The position numbers and the translations under genes were made by a program. A stretch of DNA of 61,704 bases, filler included. It is 10 parts of 10 records of this genome, joined end to end, with 100 filler letters (N's around TTAATTAATTAA, not from the genome) between each part and the next. Parts side by side here need not be neighbours in the genome. Positions count along the whole stretch, not along the records: positions 5,963 to 11,192 come from SRR31147125_121454; positions 11,293 to 18,595 come from SRR31147125_121487; positions 18,696 to 23,920 come from SRR31147125_121552; 7 more parts are not named here. The stretch is one strand, 5' to 3'. Positions 9,637 to 19,104 of this stretch are shown piece by piece. Within the stretch, counting starts at the first letter, position 1. Every line of letters starts with the position of its first letter. The notes beneath the pieces are model-generated. The model did not search any database, had not been told where the DNA came from, and saw only the letters and a program-made list of their open reading frames with translations.

Positions 9637-11192
9637 TCACGCCTTTTGAAGTTTCCCTTCTTCCATTTCATATAACCGGGAACTGAGTACATTGATCAGT
9701 GATCGGTCATGACTGACCACGACCAGGGCGCCGCCTTCTTCGGCGAAGTCTGCCAGCAGATGCAGAATCCCGGCAGATACCGACGCATCAAGGGCCGACG
9801 TCGGTTCGTCGGCAAATATCAACCGAGGGGACGATGCCAGTGCCCGGGCAATTGATATCCGCTGGCATTGTCCCACCGACAGTTCTCCGGGGCGGGTTTC
9901 AAGATCTAGAGTTTCAAGCCTCACTTTTCGCAGATAGTGCGAGGCAAGGTCCTTCCGTTGTGATCTTGAGTACCGTTTTGTCCTGTAGGGAGCCGTCAAT
10001 GGTTCCGTGATCGTTTTCCAGATCGGCCAGCGAGAATCCAGGCTACTTACCGGATCCTGGAAGATCGGCATGGCAAACGATGTCGTCTCCACGCCTTTCC
10101 TGAATCTTATTTCGCCATTGTCCGGCGACTCCAGTTCCATGAGCATTCTCAGAAGTGTTGACTTTCCACAGCCTGAGGGACCACTGATACCGATTATTTC
10201 ACCCGGATAGATGTCCAAACTGGCCGATCGTACCGCCTTCACTTCATGGCCGTGGTGTCGATAGACTTTGGATACCTCCTGGACTTGTATCAGTGCAGAA
10301 GATTTTATTCTTATCTCATCCGGGATATGTATTATCCGCCGATCCCGGGTAGCTCTTCCGGTTTCAAGGGATTGTGCAAAATGGCAGGCAATACCATTAG
10401 CAGGCTTCGGTTCTTCCCGGAGGCAAAGCCTGCCACAGAGTTCGCATCGGCGGGCAAAAGCACAGCCTCTTACCGGCAAGCGGAGGTCAGGTGGATTGCC
10501 GTCCATGGGCTGAGGAATGAATCGGCCATTGGTGTCGGGAATGGCATTAAGCAATCCCCGGGTATAGGGGTGCCTGGGAGATAACAGGATTGTTCTGTTA
10601 TCACCGATCTCCACAATCTTCCCCGCGTAACAGATTGCTATCCTGTCGGCGTGTCGCATTACTGTTTCTATATCATGGGTAATCAGCAGGATAGATGCTT
10701 CGGTCCGCTTCAGCACCTCCAGCGTCGAGTCAGCCCGATCCGCATCGAGCGCACTGGTCGGCTCATCGGCAACCAGCAGTTTTGGATGATGGATGGACGC
10801 TGCCGCGATAGTGCCCCTCTGGAGCATGCCACCACTCCACTGGTGAGGATACTTCCGGAGAGCCGAGGCAGCATTGTTGATTCCCAGGTTCTCTATCCGG
10901 GAAACCATCTCATCCTTATCTACTTTCATCCTCTTTGCCCGCCACGCTTCGGCGATGTGACTTTCAATCCTCGCCAGCTTGTTGCATGCGGAGTATGGGT
11001 CTTGGACGACGAATCCCGCTTCGTTTCCTCGTAGACTGCGGAGAGCAACGGCATCTGCTGAGACGACCTCAGTATTCCCGACGACAATTTCACCGGTAAT
11101 CTCAGCCGAATCGGACAGCAGCCCAAGTGCGGCAAGGGCCATAGTCGTTTTTCCACATCCTGATTCTCCCACCAGAGCCAGACATTCTCCCC
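9637..11192 (-). CDS. Fused two-domain Opp/Nik-type ABC ATPase, 5' truncated
   Basis: Walker A GESGCGKT and GPSGCGKS, two DEPTSALD motifs, HPYT and a Cys-rich oligopeptide-ABC C-terminal motif. Confidence 0.9.
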
Positions 11193-11292
11193 NNNNNNNN
11201 NNNNNNNNNNNNNNNNNNNNNNNNNNNNNNNNNNNNTTAATTAATTAANNNNNNNNNNNNNNNNNNNNNNNNNNNNNNNNNNNNNNNNNNNN

Positions 11293-11843
11293 CTTGGATC
11301 ATAAACTTCTACTGATGATAAGTAGAGGGTAGTTTTTCCTCTTCCACCGATTACATATATTTTGCCATCAATCACCTCTGCTTGAAAGCCCATTCTTGCT
11401 GTCGACATGGATGACAGTGTTGTCCATGTATCAGTATCCGGATCATATACTTCTACTGATGATAAGTGAGTGTCGGTTAAATTATATCCGCCAATAGCAT
11501 ATATTTTTCCATCGATTACTTCTGTTTGAAAACTTTTTCTTGCCGTTGCCATCGAGGACAACGTTGTCCATGTATCTGTATCCGGATCATATACTTCTGC
11601 TGATGGTAAATAATTGGTGCTGCTGCTTAACCCCCCAATAGCGTATATTTTCCCATCAATCACCTCTGTTTGAAAGTCATATCGTACTGTTGACATGGAT
11701 GTGAGTGTTGTCCAGCTTGATTCATCATCCGCGAGCGCTATCATGTTGGGGATAAAAATTGATACGATTAACGCCATTGAGATCAATCCTGCGACAAGTA
11801 GCCGTCTTCTCTTCGTGCTAAGCATTTTTGCTGTTATGTCCAT
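11293..11843 (-). CDS. Secreted Kelch-repeat beta-propeller protein, 3' truncated
   Basis: Signal peptide, then three near-identical ~48-aa units WTTL.SM.T.R..FQ.EVIDGKIY.IGG......L.S.EVYDP. Confidence 0.9.
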
Positions 11844-12047
11844 TCTTTGTTCCTTTCATGTTGTTGGTTTTTAGTGCATTAAGTATAACATATTATAACT
11901 TATATAAACAATTAATAGATAGATGTAACTTTAATTAGCTAAATTTAATAGATTCATGTCAACATAAACAAACAATGATATATAACGGATGTTCTGGGAA
12001 GGCAGGAAGGGTATGGAGTGGTGGGGCACTCGGGCACAGTGCGGCTA

Positions 12048-12085
12048 GTTCGGGTTCCTTCGCTCTGCTCAGGATGACCCGAGCT
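12048..12085. repeat. REP-like hairpin (GTCATCCTGAGCAGAGCGAAGGA core on the minus strand)
   Basis: Inverted arms agttcggg/cccgagct around tcct..agga; resembles a widespread short palindromic repeat. Single copy in this window. Confidence 0.4.
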
Positions 12086-12929
12086 GTGTTTTGATGAGAA
12101 AAGGAAGAACACTCATGCAAATACCCGACTCATCACAATACGCTTCTGCAGCCGCTAATCCATGTGTTTCATTAAGTGCATAGTTATGGTCAAAACCTTT
12201 AACACACCTAATTTGCGGATGGTCAGCTTTTATATCCCTGCCAATATTCTTCATTTTCCTAAAATCCAGCGGTGTACCTTCTACCGGCATCAGTTCACCT
12301 GTTATGCTCAAATTCTCATCAACTTCAGTTATGGCATCCGCATTAATGCTAAGTTCATGCCCCAGTATGGTATCTGTATTCTGACCACCCAGATTAAAGT
12401 ATGTATGATTTGTCATATTAAATAATGTTGTTTTATCGCAAAAACCTCTATATGTTATCTCAAAAGCATTATCATTAGTAATCGTATAAATCACAGTTAC
12501 AACTAAATTTCCTGGATAGTTTTGATCCCCGTCCGGACTAAACAATGTGAGTTTTAAACTGCTTTCTGCTATCTGTTCAGCCTTCCAGAGCCTTTTATCA
12601 AAACCCTCAAAGCCTCCATGCAGATGGTTTATACCGTCGTTGCAATCAAGCTTGTACTCCTCACCATCTATAGCAAACTTCCCGCCTTTGATTCGATTGG
12701 CACACCTGCCAATTGTTGCGCCAAAATAGATTGGATTTGCTTCATATTCTGCCAATGTATCAAATCCTAGGACAACATCTTTTAAATCTCCATACTTATC
12801 CTTTATAAAGAGACTAACTATTATACCACCAAAACTACAGATTTTCGCGTTGAGTCCATTCTCGTTTTTTATCGTGTATATATACACTGTCTCTCCATTT
12901 GAGGTAATTCCGAATTTCTCTTTTCTCAT
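12069..12929 (-). pseudogene. galM: Aldose 1-epimerase (galactose mutarotase), C-terminally truncated
   Basis: GATIGRCANRI, HLHGG, NMTNHTYFNL and GFDHNY are present. Similarity ends at ESGICMSV, before the QFYTGN motif and catalytic Glu. Confidence 0.75.
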
Positions 12930-13033
12930 TAAAACAACCCTATTAACAATTACGTATTAAATACGTTGACATATTTAATTCAATTAAAATATCATTTTTT
13001 GATATCCAAGCATCGATTCTGTGCTTTCAATAC

Positions 13034-14155
13034 TTACATAAGCAAATTTCTTTTATCTTCAAATGAAAATAAATGTATGAGTTCAGCCGGAAACTTGAAG
13101 TCTATCTCAGTTAAAGAGCCAAATCCTCCGCGATACTTCTCATCCAAGTCGACTGTAGGTACACGTACAACAATCTCCTGCCCCTCTACGTTCAAATGAA
13201 TATGCATTTCACTCCCCATCATTTCACACACATCCACAACTGAATGGATCGCACCTTTTTCTTCGTGCGTTACAATACTCATGTGTTCTGGCCTTATGCC
13301 GAGTATAACCTCTTGATTTTCAGTATTTTTCTCAAGCAATCTTGTACTCATCTCATCATTCAATGGAATTTTAACACCATGCAAAGAAACAGCATATTTG
13401 CCACCTTGCTTTTCTAACTTTACATTGAAAAAGTTCATCTGGGGCGAACCAACAAATCCCGCCACAAAAAGGTTCGCCGGATGATTAAATACTTCCTCAG
13501 GTGTGCCAATCTGTTGAATATAGCCATCCTTCATGATCACAATACGATCTCCAAGCGTCATGGCTTCAGTTTGATCATGTGTCACATAAATAAACGTAGT
13601 ATTTACATTCTTTCTTAGTTTTATTATCTCGGCACGCATCTGATTTCTCAATTTCGCATCAAGATTTGATAGCGGCTCATCCATAAGGAAAACCTGCGGC
13701 TGTCTAACGATGGCGCGGCCAATAGCTACACGTTGTCGTTGACCACCAGAGAGGGCTTTTGGCTTTCTTTGCAGTAATTCGGTAATACCAAGAATCTCTG
13801 CGGCTCCCCTAACCTTTACATCAATGTCTTTTTTGTTCACCCGTCGCAGTTTTAACGCAAATTCCATATTTTCATAAACGGACATATGTGGATAGAGCGC
13901 ATAGTTCTGAAACACCATAGCAATATCCCTATCCTTAGGTGGCACATCATTGATCAGCCTGTCACCGATATAAAGTTCGCCGCCCGATATCTCCTCAAGA
14001 CCCGCTACCATTCTGAGCGTGGTAGATTTCCCGCAACCGGATGGTCCAACAAGCACAATGAATTCCTTATCTGTAATCTCCAAATCAAACTCTTGAACCG
14101 CAACGATGTCTTTGTTATAAACTTTTTTCAACCCTTTAAATGTTACTTCTGCCAT
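13034..14155 (-). CDS. Sugar ABC transporter ATPase (MalK/MsmX/UgpC family)
   Basis: GPSGCGKST, LSGGQRQRVA, DEPLSNLDAKLR, TOBE-like tail. Confidence 0.95.
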   Translation of the reverse strand: MAEVTFKGLKKVYNKDIVAVQEFDLEITDKEFIVLVGPSGCGKSTTLRMVAGLEEISGGELYIGDRLINDVPPKDRDIAMVFQNYALYPHMSVYENMEFALKLRRVNKKDIDVKVRGAAEILGITELLQRKPKALSGGQRQRVAIGRAIVRQPQVFLMDEPLSNLDAKLRNQMRAEIIKLRKNVNTTFIYVTHDQTEAMTLGDRIVIMKDGYIQQIGTPEEVFNHPANLFVAGFVGSPQMNFFNVKLEKQGGKYAVSLHGVKIPLNDEMSTRLLEKNTENQEVILGIRPEHMSIVTHEEKGAIHSVVDVCEMMGSEMHIHLNVEGQEIVVRVPTVDLDEKYRGGFGSLTEIDFKFPAELIHLFSFEDKRNLLM

Positions 14156-14202
14156 GCCTATCTCCTTCTCTTAAATGAAACGTGTCAGTGTTATTTATAT
14201 AT

Positions 14203-15189
14203 TCACGCCTCAAACCCATTTGGATGCCTTATATGCCATTTCCATGCCGATTCGATAATCATTCCAATGTCATCCTTCTTCGGATTCCACCCAAGCATCT
14301 CTCTTGCCTTAGTAGAATCCGCCACTAGCCTTGCAGGGTCTCCCTCACGCCTCATTGTTATAACCACTTCAAATTCTTTGCCAGTAACCTCTTTGACCTT
14401 CTGAATGACCTCCATCACGGAGAAGCCTTTACCGCTACCAAGGTTGAAGCTGCCAGACTCTCCTCCGTTATTCAGATATTCCAGCGCTAGAATATGCGCA
14501 TCCGCAAGATCTGATACATGCACATAATCGCGCACACACGTACCGTCGGGCGTGTCGTAGTCACTGCCGAATACACTGATATGCTCTCGTTTGCCCATTG
14601 CGACCTGCAGTACGATTGGAATCAAATGTGACTCAGGATTGTGGTCTTCACCAATCTCTCCGGAATCGTGTGCGCCTGCCGCATTAAAGTACCGTGGCGC
14701 GGCCCATTTGATACCATACGCCATGTCGCACCACTTCAGCATCTTTTCGACCCCGAGCTTGCTTTCGCCATACGGATTAACGGGGGTTTTCTCACTGTCT
14801 TCCGGAATGGGTACAGTTTTCGGGAAACCGTACACCGCTGCAGTGGACGAGAATACAATGTGCTTCACACCATGTTTATTCATGCTTTCGAGCATACACA
14901 TCACTGTGTACAGGTTGTTGCGGTAGAACACCAGCGGATCTTTCATGGACAGCCCGACCTCGATATCCGCCGCGAAGTGAATAACCGAATTGATGTCGTT
15001 CTCATTGAACACACTATCCATAAACTCCGTGTCCCGGATATCGCCAACGCATAGCTTTGCACCCTTAACCGCTTCCTTATGCCCCTTAATGAGGCTGTCG
15101 ACAACGACGACCTCGTACCCTCTGTCTACAAGCTCCGCCACTGTGTGACTTCCGATATATCCGGCACCCCCGGTCACCATTACTGCCAA
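14203..15189 (-). CDS. galE: UDP-glucose 4-epimerase
   Basis: TGGAGYIGSH, YGESK, DGTCVRDYVHV; TTG start with GGAGG RBS. Confidence 0.95.
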   Translation of the reverse strand: MAVMVTGGAGYIGSHTVAELVDRGYEVVVVDSLIKGHKEAVKGAKLCVGDIRDTEFMDSVFNENDINSVIHFAADIEVGLSMKDPLVFYRNNLYTVMCMLESMNKHGVKHIVFSSTAAVYGFPKTVPIPEDSEKTPVNPYGESKLGVEKMLKWCDMAYGIKWAAPRYFNAAGAHDSGEIGEDHNPESHLIPIVLQVAMGKREHISVFGSDYDTPDGTCVRDYVHVSDLADAHILALEYLNNGGESGSFNLGSGKGFSVMEVIQKVKEVTGKEFEVVITMRREGDPARLVADSTKAREMLGWNPKKDDIGMIIESAWKWHIRHPNGFEA

Positions 15190-16358
15190 TTCACTACCTC
15201 CTTGCCACCGCTTCCAGCGTTTGATTCATAGAACGTTGGCGCATAGCCAACTTTTCTAGTGTATTCTTTTTCCATCTTCCGTTCAAATGCAGTTACGTAA
15301 TCTTTCCCCACAATACTGATGTTACAACCACCGAAACCGCCGCCCGTCATGCGCGAGCCGATCACGCCCTCAATAGACATGGCGATATCATATACCGCGT
15401 CGAGCTCTGCACCCGTCGCTTCGTAGTCGTTGCGGATGGAATCGTTCGCTTCGCACAACAGTTTTCCGAACGCTTGTATATCATTCGCTTTAAGCGCGGT
15501 AATCGCTTTTCTAGTGCGCGCTTCTTCGGTTACGCAATGGCGCGCTCTACGATACAGCACATCGTCGCCTATCGCTTCTTCGTACTGCTCTAAATCGCTC
15601 ATTGTTATGTCGCAAAGGTGTTTATACTTCCCGCCTCCATTCTTAATGCTTTTCAGTGCCTGCTCGCACTGGCTACGGCGCTCGTTGTACTGCGAATCCG
15701 TCAGCTTGTGCGGCGCGTTCGTGTTCGTAATCACTATGGTATAGTCACCAAGGTCGAGCGGTACATATTCGAATTTGAGACTGCGCGTATTTAGGAAGAT
15801 CGCATGGTCTTCCTTTCCGACCGCGGAGATAAACTGATCCATAATGCCACAGTTCATACCAACGTATTCGTTCTCAGCCTTTTGACAGAGCACTGCCGTT
15901 TCTTTGAGGTTGAGCAGATCCTGTCCGCCGAGCTTGATCAGCGCGATGGCGGTAGCCACTTCGATCGAAGCGGAGGAGGACAGCCCTGCGCCGTATGGTA
16001 CCGTGCCATGATACAACAAGTCACACCCGACAATATTGTATCTGGCTTGTTTCAGCACGTACGCCACGCCGAGCTGGTAGTTGCCCCATTCGATGTCCTT
16101 GTAGTTTTCGAGACTGTCAATGTCCGCCGTGACACGGTTCGGCAGACTCGTAACCGCCATGTTGATTTTATTCATACTGTTCGGTCGTGCAATCACGACA
16201 TTCTTGTATTCAAGCGCCGCAGGAAACACGTGCCCGCCGTTGTAGTCGATGTGCTCACCGATCAGGTTGATGCGGCCAGGCGCCTCGAAGATACGAATGC
16301 CCTCTTCGCCGCCGCCGTATATCTCGTTAAACTGTTTTACTAATTCCTTGTACGTCAT
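15180..16358 (-). CDS. galK: Galactokinase
   Basis: GRINLIGEHIDY, GAGLSSSA, CGIMDQF, SRMTGGGFGGC; start placed at MTYKEL. Confidence 0.95.
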   Translation of the reverse strand: MTYKELVKQFNEIYGGGEEGIRIFEAPGRINLIGEHIDYNGGHVFPAALEYKNVVIARPNSMNKINMAVTSLPNRVTADIDSLENYKDIEWGNYQLGVAYVLKQARYNIVGCDLLYHGTVPYGAGLSSSASIEVATAIALIKLGGQDLLNLKETAVLCQKAENEYVGMNCGIMDQFISAVGKEDHAIFLNTRSLKFEYVPLDLGDYTIVITNTNAPHKLTDSQYNERRSQCEQALKSIKNGGGKYKHLCDITMSDLEQYEEAIGDDVLYRRARHCVTEEARTRKAITALKANDIQAFGKLLCEANDSIRNDYEATGAELDAVYDIAMSIEGVIGSRMTGGGFGGCNISIVGKDYVTAFERKMEKEYTRKVGYAPTFYESNAGSGGKEVVNWQ

Positions 16359-16359
16359 A

Positions 16360-17325
16360 TTACTTACCTGTAAATTTCTTATATGCCGCGCGCAGTTCTT
16401 CCACTTTTTCCTCCGGCGCAGTCGGGTTGCAGTGGGCCCACGCACCTGTTTCGCTGGATGCGAGGAACTGTTGCTTTTCCTTGGATCGCATCGGCGGATA
16501 AAACTCAATATGGAAATGGAAGTCTTCCGGATTATCGATCTTCAATGGCGCGTTGTGCATGCACATCATGTACGGGAACGGCACGTCAAACAAACTGTCG
16601 AGCATACCTGTCGCGTTTCTGACCGCGTTTGCCAGCGCTTGTTTCTCCGCTTCGTTAAAATCCGTGATATACTGCTTGTGAGTTTTGCTGATGATATGCA
16701 CGCCGTATACAAACTCCGAATAAAACGGTAGTATGCAATAGAAATGCTCGTTTTCGAAAATTACACGCTTTTCAAAATCGACTTCGGCTTGCATCCAATC
16801 GCAATAGAGGCAGTTCCCTGTCTCCTTTCGATGCTCCGTCGCACACTCAAGCTCGAGCTCAAGCTTTTTTGGTAGAAACGGATATGCGTAGATCTGTCCA
16901 TGCGGGTGCGGCATTGTCACACCAACTTCCTCCCCGCGGTTTTCAAAGATCATGACGTACTTACTCGTCTCTTCCTGTGCAAGCACCTCGAACCGCTCCG
17001 CCCACAAATCGACCAACTTTTTCACATGGTCTTCGGACAGCTTGGGCAGTGTGATCGTATGCTCCGGCGAGTATAGTATCACTTCGCACTTACCGTATGC
17101 TTTTTCGGTTTTAAAGAAATCCGTTGCCACATCGTCCGGTTCAGGTGGACTTGAGGAGAGTGCCGGAAAATCGTTATCATACTTTAATACGTCGTAATCT
17201 TCCGGCACTCTGCCCGATCCAGGACAAAACGGGCACCAGTTTTTCGGCATCTGCGGGCGGTTCTGCCTCGCGGATGCAATCATCACCCAGTCCTTTTTAA
17301 AAGGGTTGTATCTTAACTCTGCCAT
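16360..17325 (-). CDS. galT: Galactose-1-phosphate uridylyltransferase (type I)
   Basis: CPFCPG, NDFPAL, FENRG, HPHGQ. Confidence 0.95.
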   Translation of the reverse strand: MAELRYNPFKKDWVMIASARQNRPQMPKNWCPFCPGSGRVPEDYDVLKYDNDFPALSSSPPEPDDVATDFFKTEKAYGKCEVILYSPEHTITLPKLSEDHVKKLVDLWAERFEVLAQEETSKYVMIFENRGEEVGVTMPHPHGQIYAYPFLPKKLELELECATEHRKETGNCLYCDWMQAEVDFEKRVIFENEHFYCILPFYSEFVYGVHIISKTHKQYITDFNEAEKQALANAVRNATGMLDSLFDVPFPYMMCMHNAPLKIDNPEDFHFHIEFYPPMRSKEKQQFLASSETGAWAHCNPTAPEEKVEELRAAYKKFTGK

Positions 17326-17395
17326 GTTTCCTTCCTAATGTACAAAAGAGTCACTCCTATGTACCTATTACTTAATTTTCTCACCTGCTATATTA

Positions 17396-18595
17396 CTATG
17401 GAGCAACATGCATAGTCTGTACAGTCGTTCCGGCTCCCGAGTAAACGTATACATTGTTCATTGTACCAACTACACTGCCATTCCTCTCTGCAGTAACCGT
17501 ATAGTTTCCTTCGGACACAGCCATTTCATAATAACCTCTTGCATCTGTGACGTCCGTTGTGCCCGTATTCGTGGATATAGTCGCACCGCTTACCGGGTCA
17601 CCATTGGTATCGATAACTGTTCCGCAAAGAACTGGGTCTTGTACTGCACTAAGTCCACTGACAGTGAGCTCAATAACCGTCAGAGACAATTTTGGCACCT
17701 CGTAACTAAACGTAGTTGATGCATTTGAAATGGTTGTTGCTTCCTTTGTGATTACATCTGAATCATTCCATGAGTTTGCATCCAGATAATCATCCGCTGC
17801 AACCGTCCATACTGAAGCCTGTGAATCAACAGCAGATACTCCATTAATTTGAATCGGTACACTACAACCATTATCTTTATCACGATTTAATATTGACAGG
17901 TACAATTTCGTTCCATCCAAAGATCTTGTTACCAATACATCCAGATACGGGACATCTTGCATTGCCGGAGTATTGCCTATCGCTGTAGTCGAATATGTGT
18001 CGCAACTCACTGAAGATGAAACCTTCATCTCACCTCTTTTATTGGAATATAACTCAAGTATATAATATGATGGTGTTTTTATCAGTCCTCTAGTACCAAA
18101 ACGCATAGCACTCCCATCCCAAAATTGAGCCAAACACGAATAATCATTGTGGTCCGTTAATCCTGGGTATCGCAAAAACTCATTGAGCAACCCAGCGACC
18201 TGTAACGCGCCTTCCATACTGCGTGTTCTGTGTCGTAGGGAGTTAAAATACATTGCGTTATATTCCGTAACAGCAATCTTAATATCTTCCTCCGAGGCTG
18301 CGATAATAGCCTGTGTTGCCGCCAGTCGCTCGGCGATCGATACCGGTGACGAAACAGACGCCCAATATACATCATCGTCCGAATAATCAGATGGAAGATT
18401 TTGCGGCGAGTAAAAATGAATAGATAATTCGTCGATTTTTGTCGCCAGCGAATCAATCATGGTCTGGTTCCAGCTTTGATCGGAACTGTTGCCATCTCCC
18501 CTTCAGCAATGCATTGAATCGTAGGATCAACGACCGTCATTGCTGTATAGAACGTATCGTAATCTGCAACAAATGTCTGAGCATCTGTATACCCC
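17396..18595 (-). CDS. GH51-like (alpha-L-arabinofuranosidase-type) hydrolase, C-terminal part plus carboxypeptidase-regulatory-like domain; 5' truncated, one frameshift
   Basis: VDPTIQCIA, DELSIHFY, IAVTEYN (putative nucleophile), VPYLDV...LNRD; tail GTVIDTNGDPVSGATI..TDARGYY. Frameshift in the G-run near 18500. Confidence 0.65.
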
Positions 18596-18695
18596 NNNNN
18601 NNNNNNNNNNNNNNNNNNNNNNNNNNNNNNNNNNNNNNNTTAATTAATTAANNNNNNNNNNNNNNNNNNNNNNNNNNNNNNNNNNNNNNNNNNNN

Positions 18696-18856
18696 GCACC
18701 GCACCGGATACAGGAGGGTGAACAGACATATTCGACAGATGCCAGGCAGGTATCGCACAATGTTCGCTCCGAATCTACCGTGACCGGATGCCCGCACCCG
18801 TGACAGGCACGCGGCAGCCAGATATCCAACAGAGCTGAGAAAACGGTCCGGATCAC
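18696..18856 (-). CDS. comF: ComF-family protein, N-terminal double zinc ribbon; 3' truncated
   Basis: LLDIWLPRACHGC...LCDTC...CIRCG. Confidence 0.75.
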
Positions 18857-19104
18857 GATCAGCCGGCTCCCGTTCTCATCACCCTGTCGACAGGTAAGAA
18901 CCGACGGTTACTACGAACACCGAAAATCGGCATTGAGCGGACCTATCATTGCATTTTTCAACAAACGTGGCATAATGATTTTCTCTATTTATCCAGGTTT
19001 TTTTTGTTTGATTTTCAAGACGATATATACAATAGATCCGGCTTCTTAACGTCAATGGACCCTCTTACGAAGGAATCGTTCATGATTACTGACACCAATG
19101 TATC

